From Camelus dromedarius (taxonomy: Eukaryota), in contig NC_087444.1 in assembly GCF_036321535.1 (NCBI RefSeq), positions 73,470,001-73,534,000 on the forward strand: 64,000 nucleotides of DNA, in the 5' to 3' direction. The notes beneath the pieces were generated by a model. That model was not told the origin of the DNA. It saw nothing but the letters and a program-made list of their open reading frames with translations, and searched no databases. Below, piece after piece: positions 46,929 through 56,700 of the stretch. How positions within the stretch are numbered: position 1 is the first letter of the stretch; the number at the start of each line of letters is the position of its first letter. Both the position numbers and the translations under genes were made by a program.

Positions 46929-49900
46929 ATGGGCCTAGCCAGGGCCCTGCGCCGCCTGAGCGGCGCCCTGGAGTCGGGGGACGACCGGGCGGGCGATGAG
47001 GAGGAAGCCGGACCGGGGCTGTGCCGCAACGGGTGGGCGCCCGCGCCGTCGCTGGTGGGGCGGCGCCGCGGGCGCTTCGTCAAGAAGGACGGGCACTGCA
47101 ACGTGCGCTTCGTGANNNNNNNNNNNNNNNNNNNNNNNNNNNNNNNNNNNNNNNNNNNNNNNNNNNNNNNNNNNNNNNNNNNNNNNNNNNNNNNNNNNNN
47201 NNNNNNNNNNNNNNNNNNNNNNNNNNNNNNNNNNNNNNNNNNNNNNNGGCTCATCGCCTCCCTGCACGGCGACCTGGCCGCCCCGCCGCCGCCCGCGCCC
47301 TGCTTCTCGCAGGTGGCCAGCTTCCTGGCTGCCTTCCTGTTCGCGCTGGAGACGCAGACGTCCATCGGCTATGGCGTGCGCAGCGTCACCGAGGAGTGCC
47401 CGGCCGCCGTGGCCGCCGTGGTGCTGCAGTGCATCGCCGGCTGCGTGCTGGACGCCTTCGTCGTGGGCGCCGTCATGGCCAAGATGGCCAAACCCAAGAA
47501 GCGCAACGAGACGCTGGTCTTCAGCGAGAACGCCGTCGTGGCGCTGCGCGACCGCCGCCTCTGCCTGATGTGGCGCGTCGGCAACCTCCGCCGCAGCCAC
47601 CTTGTCGAGGCCCACGTGCGGGCCCAGCTTCTGCAGGTGCGGGGCCACCCAGTCGCGGAAGGCCACGCCCCCCGGAGGGCGGGCGGGGCCCCTTCCAGGG
47701 GTTCGGGAGCCCCGGAAGATGGTGGGAATTGTAGGTCTAAAGGGCAGGTGTGCGTCGAGCCTGGAGGGGACCTGGACTACAATTCCCAGCAGTCTCTTGG
47801 GCAGAGACCCTCCCGCCCTCCTTGAGGGCTGAGGATGGTTCCCGGAGCCGTCCTAGGAGATGTAAACCCGAGAGAGAGGTCTCTGATCATTTCTTCCCGG
47901 AGGCCTAGATTTGAGACAGATTTTGAGGCAGAAAGAGCTTCCTGGGGCTTGAGGCTGGGCGCCCTATGGAATTGTGGAAACTCCAGACCTGGCCTGTAAA
48001 GGATCTGAACTACAATTCCCAGAAGCCTCAGTGGGCAGGGGAAGTGCCCACCTGGGATGGACTGAGGAGGCCTGGTAGTTTTGTGAGTGGTGTAAACCAC
48101 AGCTCAGCTTTACAATTCCCAGCCGGTACTGTGGTACAGAGAGGGGCCTGTGACTGAGGCCAGGCCCCTTGGGCTTGTGAGAGATGTAGGCCTGAGGATG
48201 GGGTACCGCTCACACCTGCAGAGCTATGCAACACGGGGGATTTTCCATGGCCTCTGGGCATGCAGTCCTGCAGCATTTGTGGGAGACTTCATTTCCCACC
48301 TCAGTGGCCCAAGACTCTCCCACCAGCCTCCTCCTCAAAGAAGTACAGGACAGGGGTTGGAAAACTCTTGAATTTTAGCTTCTCACCAAAAAAAAACCCA
48401 AAACAAACAAAAAACTACAATTCCCATTGGCCCCTGGGGCAGCGGTTCCCTGATGAAGGTACCTTAGTATTTCTAGAATTGTGGTCAAACTGCCCAAATT
48501 GTGGGGCAGTGGCTGACCTGACCCAAGTAAAGACACTTAAGAACCCTGGGCTGAGGATGGACTTGGGTGAGAGGAAGGACGGTTGGTGGTGAGAACTACA
48601 ACTCCCAGCAGCCTCCAGGAGACAGTTGGAAGAGAATAGGTCCCCACAAGCCACTTCTGTGGGTTAAGACACAAGGATTCAGGACCAGGAGGGACATGGT
48701 CTCTCCCAGAAGTCTGTGGAGCGCTGACATGGCCTGGGAGGTGGTTATGGAACCGGTGAGTAGGTGGGGTGAAATTGCTAATACCTGGCCTGCGGTTAGG
48801 CCCCCACCCTACACAAATGCACAGATGAACAAGGGAATGGAGGTAGCTGGGTTAGGGGTAGGGGGTGGATAGCCCAGGGGCTAGCCTAAGGCATCCAATG
48901 GGATGGTGGACCTAGATTGTCATCCTGGTTTATTTTTCTCTGGCCTTATATTGAAAACCATTTTTCTATCCCTCTCCTCCAATTGCTGGTTGGATGTCAT
49001 TCTTATCTTCTGTTGTCTCTTTAATTCCATCTCTGCCTTGCCGATTTCTGTGGCTCTATGCCAATGTCACTCTGTCGCTCTCTTTTTCTCTCCCCTGTCT
49101 TTCTCTTTCTTGGGTTTCTTTCCCCAAACCCTCTCTGAGTCTCTGTCCCTTTCTCTGTATCCCTGGGTCTCTGTCTCTCTTTTCTCTGGGCCTCCATTCT
49201 CCTCTCCCTGGACCTCCCCTCCCTCTCTCTGGGTCTCTGTCTTCCTCTCTTTCTGGGTCCATGTACTCATCCCACCTCCACCCCTGTGGGTCTCTGCTTA
49301 CCTCTGCATTCTCTGTTCCTCCTCTTGCTGTCTCCATCTCCATTTATCTCTGTGCTCCCTGCTGTCTGTCTTTGGCTGTTTGCCTTTTGCTGCAGCCTCG
49401 AGTGACCCCGGAGGGTGAGTACATACCGCTGGACCACCAGGATGTGGATGTGGGCTTCGATGGTGGCACTGATCGAATCTTCCTTGTATCTCCAATCACC
49501 ATCGTGCACGAGATTGACTCCGCCAGTCCTCTCTATGAACTAGGACGGGCTGAGCTGGCCCGAGCTGACTTTGAGCTAGTGGTCATTCTCGAGGGCATGG
49601 TTGAGGCCACAGCTATGACCACACAGTGTCGTTCTTCCTACCTCCCTGGTGAGCTGCTCTGGGGCCATCGTTTTGAGCCGGTCCTCTTCCAGCGTGGCTC
49701 CCAGTATGAGGTCGACTATCGCCACTTCCATCGCACTTACGAGGTCCCGGGGACACCCGTCTGCAGCGCCAAGGAGCTGGACGAACGGGCAGAGCAGGCT
49801 TCCCACAGCCCCAAGTCGGGCTTCCCTGGTTCTCTGGCAGCATTTTGTTATGAGAATGAACTTGCTCTAAGCTGTTGCCAGGAGGAAGATGAGGAAGAGG

Positions 49901-49995
49901 AGGCCACGGAGGGGGATAGGGCAGAGACAGAAGAAGATGGGGCTGCCAGCCCCCGAGTACTCACACCAACCCTGGCATTGACCTTGCCGCCATGA
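46929..49995 (+). CDS. KCNJ14: ATP-sensitive inward rectifier potassium channel 14 (Kir2.4), 2 coding exons, about 435 aa
   Basis: Exons 46929-47636 (containing N gap 47116-47247, frame preserved) and 49396-49995. Motifs include [11 protein letters not shown], the selectivity filter [23 protein letters not shown] and the Kir2-type FCYENE export motif. Confidence 0.97.
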
Positions 49996-51330
49996 TGCAA
50001 GCTGATGTCTCCCTATTTGTACCCCCTTCCCAGAGGTAGCAAGACGGAGAGATTGGGCCCTCTCCTGGGCTGGGGTCAGGTGTTTCCTAAGACCAACAGG
50101 CCTGCTGGGTAAATTATTAGCTGGTGATGTTCTGCCATGCCTAGTGGACCTACCATGGATGTACTGGACCTTCATTCCTCTGAGTTCTGTGCTCCCTCCT
50201 GGGACCCCTTTGTCAGCCCAGTTCCTGAGTCTCACCAGAGATGAGGGATCCAGAATTCTGGACCACCCAAGAGGCAAGGACTGGCAATTCTAGATTCCTC
50301 CATATGGCTGGTTAGGTTTGTTGAGCAGGATCTTGAAACAATGGTATAGACTGCCTCTGGGGGAGGAAGTCTGCGGTGCTCAAGCAACAATGGAGATCAA
50401 GAATTTGTTGGTCTGAATTGACCTAAGATTCAAGGAACTGTTGCTTCTCGACTCAGCCAACCATGTAGCAAATCATTGTTTCTAGACTACCTAAGGAGGG
50501 AAAGTTATGGAATGCCCCAAGAATTCTTGATTGACCAATGACAAAGAATATTGACTGCAAGTCAAGAGAAGATTTTGTGGGTCCAGAAAACCCCAAAGTT
50601 GAGATTCTGTGAATCTAGATTAACCACAGAGGCAAGTACTGGTGAATCTAGAACAGCTTTGACCGGAGAGTTGGACGAATCCAGAAACGAAAGAGAGAGG
50701 TTTCTAGAATGCATGAAACAATGGAGAGTCTGTGGGTCTAGAGGGACTAAAGTGGCAGATTTGGGAGTGCTTGATGTAACTTCAGACCACTGGCTATAGG
50801 ACCGCAAACCAAGGGGCTGTCAGTGCTTCTGAATGATCCACAGGTTTTGTGTCTTTTTTAAGTGCCATTCTAGAAAGTCCAAAAGAATCAGATTGCTCTA
50901 GATTGATCACAGAGTCAAGGAAGGAGTGGCGATTCTAGGTGTCTGAGACTTGCTGGTTCCACTTTGCCCAGTGAAGTTCGGGATGCAGTCCGTGAGGATA
51001 CATGACTTCTTTGTGGTTCTGTAATGCCAAAATAAATCAAGGCTCCAGGGATCGAGAGTTGTCCATTATCAAAACCTGGAAGTTCTAATCAGCTCCTAGA
51101 ACTTGGCAGTTCGAGGAGGTGGACTCGGAATTTGACAGGCAGCATTGCTGGGCTGGCCTGGGAGGTGAGGGCCCCGCCGAGACCCTGTGGGTAACAGAGT
51201 TAGTTATTGGGCAAGGGAAGGGAGAGCCCCAAGGCTGGTGAGTCTACGATGCTCTGGAATCCTCCACCTAGTGATGTGTGTCTGTTTCTTAAAGATGTTA
51301 TACATATGTGTATTACATATATATAATATA

Positions 51331-51336
51331 AATAAA
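51331..51336 (+). terminator. KCNJ14 polyadenylation signal (distal; a proximal AATAAA is at 51031-51036)
   Basis: AATAAA in an AT-rich context followed by a T-rich tract. Confidence 0.6.
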
Positions 51337-53019
51337 GATATCTATCTATTTTTTCCTGTGGTTCCTAGAGAAGGGTTAGAAATGAGCTTGAGCTACGTGG
51401 AATGGCATCCTTTACAAAGATCCAGGAAGCTTTGCTCTAAACCCCAAGTCTACCTCAACTGACTATGTGACTTTCAGCAAATCACTCCCCTCTCCTCGCC
51501 TCAGTCTTCCCATTTGCAAAAATGGGACATTGGAACTCGAAGTTCTCTAAAAGCCTTTCCACTTGGATGATTCCTCACTTCACTGAGGATGGGATGGAGG
51601 TGAGGGTCCTGGAGGTTCCCCAGTTCTCCCTGGTGCTGTAATGCATGATCTTCTGGGGGAAACTGGGATGAGAGATGCTCTGAGAGGGCAGGTTGGGACT
51701 TGAATGTCTGAATGACAGGGCAGGCTGAGGACCAGAATCACCTCCTCTCTGGTCCAGCTTAGAGAGCAGAAGATGGAGGAGGTATCTCTGAATATCAGGG
51801 GATGTATGTGTTTACGGGGAGACTTATCCCCCAGATTAAATCACCGGGAGCCCTAGAGTTGTGTCTGTGAGTGTGCTTTTGGGGTACGGGTCCTCGGGTC
51901 TGGCTCTGGCCCATGTGGCTATCTATCTAAGTGCCCAGCAGGCTAGGAGCCAGCCGCAGAAGGAGCCAGGTCCAGGAAGGACACGTTCCCATCCCTGTGT
52001 CCCAGGATTGAGGACAGGCACTGTCATTGCCCATCAGCCTGCCCCAGTGCTGCATAAGTCCAGGTCCCCCCTTCTGACTTCCCCACCTCCCTTTATCCTT
52101 CAGAATCCCCACATAATAACCGGATGGGATTAATTAGCTGGCTGCTCCCCCAGCACAGGGTGGCCAGGGTAGGTACTGGGGGCAACGGAAACACAGGCAT
52201 GAAGAAGGATGTTAAGTTGGAGGGGAAGGGATAAGAAAAGAATTCTGTTTGGAATGCGAGGGAGTAGGGGCAGGGCTGGTGCAGCCTGGGTTTCCAGCGG
52301 GGAGGGCAGGGCTTGAGCTATTCATAAAGGTCACTGAGGGGATTAGGAGGCTCCATGTCTAATCTGTCAGCTTAACCAGGTCCTGGCCCCGAATCTGTCC
52401 CCACCTGCCTAGCTCAGGGACAGCGAATGAGGACCAGGCCAAGACACCATCTCAGACTCAATCAACCTGACCGTGATGGGGGTGCCCAGCTTCTCCATCT
52501 GAGCCAGGCCCCTGCACCCACTTTGCCCGCAAGGAATGGGAAGGAGAGGCGGGGAAGGGGAAAGGGCCTCAGGATACCCAGAGGAGGGAGGAGTTTAAGA
52601 GCAATAGTATGAGAGGAGGGGGAAGTTAAGTGAGGTGAGTCAGAGGAGGGAAAAGACCTTGAGAAGGGAGAAGGAATCAGAGGTGGGAGGATGCGGAGGA
52701 AAGGGGAGTTGTCCTACAGGGAAAGGATGCTAAAATAAGGGGAGGAGTTTTGAGGAGAATGGGAGGAGACAGAGGCAGCCGGCGCCAGGAAGGAGGAGCC
52801 TGTGCTTTCACTCTATTTGGCCTTCCCCTATAGTCCCATTCTCCACGACAGCTACTAAAAAGCATAGCATTTGAAAGAAAGAATAAGTCTTTTGTTTCAC
52901 CACTTCTTGACGCTGAAGAGGCTGAGGTGAATGAGGAGGTCATGGGAGGGGATAGGGAAAGGATCTGGAGATTGGAGGGGCCAGTAGCCGAAGGACGAGA
53001 ACCAAAAGAAAGGTTAGCC

Positions 53020-53700
53020 AAAGCTGCTCGCGGTTGCGTGGCAACCACTGCGGTCTAAAGCCAGCTGGGCCTGCTAGAAGGTGTGGCTCACGAAAACAAC
53101 CGATAGTTGTGGCCCCACCCCCTGGCAACAAGCCAGACAAAGTACCGCCCCCTAGCAACGTATTACTAGAGGCGGGGCTTGGTTGAACCAGTAGCTTAGT
53201 GCCCAGAGCCTTTGCGCAGGCGTAGTCCTCTCTGCTTGAGCATAGTCCCACCTCCAAGCAAATTCTTTCCGAGGAGAGCAGCCAGCCAAGTGCCTTCTTT
53301 AGTTTCGGAGGTGGGACCCGGACCCCTGCCCGCACTCCGATTGGCTCCACAGACCGTCTACCTCAGGCCGGACACAGCTACGTCTACTCTTTGTGTGCCT
53401 ATTGGCCCTGGAGGGCGAGCCCGTCGGTCTCGGAGGCGGAGCAGACGAGAGGGGCCGCCGTGGATTGGACGGTGTCAAAACGAGGGGCGGACCCTACTGG
53501 CGGGGCGGTTGGGAGGCGAAGGGAGAGTCTTTTCAGCGCTGAGGACTGGCGCTGAGGAGGCGGCGGTGGCTCCCGGGGCGTTTGAGCGGGCTCACCCGAG
53601 CCCGCGGGCCAACGCGGATCCAGGCCCTACCGGCGGGACCGCCCCGGACTCCCCGCGGGCCTTCCTAGCCGCCATGGAGGACGGTGTCTATGGTAAGTCG
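53020..53700 (+). promoter_or_regulatory. CYTH2 CpG-island promoter
   Basis: GTTGCGTGGCAAC (X-box-like) at 53033-53045, ATTGG boxes at 53340, 53401 and 53464, and GC boxes at about 53484 and 53501. Confidence 0.7.
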
Positions 53701-56700
53701 GGGAGGGGCGGGGACGGCTGGGAGCGGATGGAGGGTTTCGTCCCGAACGTTCTACTGCGAGCGTTCCTCCGGGTGCGCGCCTCACGGAGCCGTTCGGCCC
53801 TATTGTCGCCTAGCTTTTGTGGGGCGCGGGACGGGCTTCCGGCAGGTCCTAAGAGCGGGGCGTTCCAGGCCATTGTTTGGGCCGAGCCTGTTTCCGGTGG
53901 CGGCGGGAGGGGGTGGGATGGAGAGGCGGAGGCGAGGCTGGGGCGGAACCATTCCCTCTGGAGGGGCCGGGCTAGCCCAGTGCCTGCTGGGATCGGGGAG
54001 GGGGGCTTCTGCGGGCGGTGGGGTGGGGAGAAATCTTGGGGGCTACAGAGATCCCGCTAAGGCGGAGGGCTTCCATGCCCCGCCCCCTACCCCAAGTTGC
54101 AAGCTGTCATCAGCTTCCCCTGCCATAGTTACTTTCCATGGACCAAGGAGTCAGGACACCCAGGCCCCCAGCTACCTCGCCAAGAATGGAGGCAGAAAAC
54201 CAAGGCTTCAGCTCCCTTTCAAGTAATGAGCCCAGCAGTTCAAGCTTCCAGCCCTTTTAACTCCCCAGACATGAGTCCAGGCTCCCAGTCCCTTTCTCCC
54301 CAAGGACTAAACAGTCTAGATTCTCGGCCCTTCCTCCCCTAAACTGAGGAATCTAGGTCCCCAACCTTTTATTCCAGCAGACAGAAGGCTGGACCCTCTC
54401 ATCCTCATCCTCTGCCTGAACCTAGGAGTTCTGCCCACCCCACCCCCCAGCCATATGCTTCCCTAGATTCAGAAATGCAGGCTCCCAGTCCCCAGAACTG
54501 AACTCCAACCCGTGTCCTCCTCCCCCAGAGCCCCCGGACCTGACTCCAGAGGAGCGGATGGAGCTGGAGAACATCCGACGGCGGAAGCAGGAGCTGCTGG
54601 TGGAGATCCAGCGCCTGCGGGAGGAGCTCAGCGAAGCCATGAGCGAGGTGGAGGGTCTGGAGGCCAATGAGGGCAGGTGAGGGCTGGGGCAGGGAACCTG
54701 GGGGTCATGGGGCCCGACTGGGACGAGGGATGCCCAGGCAGTGACCCTCCACCCTCTACTCTCTGCCCCTGCAGCAAGACATTGCAACGGAACCGGAAGA
54801 TGGCAATGGGCAGGAAGAAGTTCAACATGGACCCCAAAAAGGTGCTTGGGGCCACAGGGCTGGGATCAGCCAGGCAGATATTTAGACAGTGGAGTCTGGC
54901 TCATCCAGGTTCCAGAAGTGTGGTGGTTAAAGGTCTGCCTTTGGTAGACAGACTTGGTCCTTATCCCTGGATTCAGATACTGGCTGTGCATTTGTTCCCT
55001 GACCCCTAACCAAATGCTCCAGCCTCCTGACCTTTGCTTGTGCTAGTTCCTCTGTCCAAGAGGTCCTCTTCTCTTTTTTGCTCATATTTCTGGATCCATT
55101 TCTGTTGTCACCGGGAATCCCCAGGAGGAGCTAGACTGAGTCTTGTAGGGACCATGGACAGTGACATGTACAAAGGAGGGTTGACAAGTGCCATGACAGA
55201 GAGAGGTTCCAGGGCTGTGGACTCTCAGAGGAGGGAACCTGGTACCATCAGGGAGGGCTTCCTAGAGGAGGGGATATTAAGGTCAGGTTTGAAGGATGAA
55301 TTACTGTTCACCAGGTGGAGAAAAGATGTTTGTTCATTCATTCATTCATTCATTTTATACCCATTTTCTGAGGCCTCCCTTGGGCCTGCCCCTCTGCTAG
55401 GCAATGTCGGGGACCCAGAGGAGAGTTTGACCCTGCCTTGCCCTCAGGGAGTCCCTAGACATGGATCCCGCTATCCAGAGTGAGATTTAGCCACAGTGAG
55501 GTCCTTGTGGCATCGGGAGAATCAGAGAAAGCCCTAGTCCAGCCTGAGGCTTGGCCCTGCTAACAATTTCCCACTTTATTCCTCTTGCCCAAAGCAATTG
55601 TAGTTTGTTCAGTCATTCAGCAAACATTCATGGGGCTCCCGTTCCTTGCCAGACCCTGCTCCCAGGGCTGGAATTAACCAGGCAAAGGCAGACAGAACAG
55701 GAGGTACAAAGGCTATGAGGTGGGAGGGGTGGTCTGTAAGGCCCCAGGAGTAGCCTGAAAAGGAAACCTGGCTCTGCTCTGGTGAGAGTGAGGGTGGGTT
55801 TGGATGCCAAGGTTCCTGAGGACTTGGGAGAGAGTGGCTCCCTGAGCACACCAGCGCTGAGACTCAGCCCCCGCCCACCAGGGGATCCAGTTCTTGGTGG
55901 AGAATGAACTCTTGCAGAACACACCAGAGGAGATCGCCCGTTTCCTGTACAAGGGCGAGGGCCTGAACAAGACGGCCATCGGAGACTACCTGGGGGAAAG
56001 GTGAGACCCCTCACCTCCGCAGCCCCTGCTGGATCTCTCCCCTCAGTTCCCCGCATGCAGTGCCTACTCTCAGGCTGCCGGCTCCTCCTAAGGAGAGGCC
56101 CTGATAGACCAGCCTTGTGACTGGATGACGACACAGGGAGCTGACACTGGCGTCTAGGGGAGTCTGGGACCTTCTAAGGAACCTGGGGACGTGAGCATCT
56201 AGGGGGCATGGGGACCATCCATTTATGTCTGGGAACAGTGGAGCACATCTGCAAGTGTCGTGGGAGCGTGGGAACCTTGTGTAGACAGTGGCATGCTTAG
56301 GGGCAGTGTAGACAGCTAGGGAGCATGGGGGTCCTCACTGGACATCTGGGAGCATGAGGACCACCTGTGAATGTCGGAATGTGAGGACCCTGTAGACGTC
56401 TGAGGTGCATGGGGACCTGTGACGTCTGGAAAACCTGGGGACCATCTGGGAGCACCTGGGGTGTGTGGAGACCATCTGAACACCTGGGTGCACAGGACTA
56501 TCCGAGGATGTCTGGGATGTTTAGGGATTGTGTGGACATCTTGGGTGTGTGGAACTTTCTGAACATCTGAGGTGCATAGAGGCTGTTTGTGGACATGTAG
56601 GGTGTATGGGAACTATCTCGGGGGTGCGGGGATCATCTGTAGGTGTCTGGGGATCGTCTGTGGACATCTGGAGTGCATGGAGATGGTCTGGATGTCTGGA

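Noticed and set aside
53212-54060. 282-aa ORF apparently extending CYTH2 N-terminally
   Set aside because: It reads through the promoter and intron 1. The strong-context gccATGG at 53674 and the donor at 53693 explain the real structure.
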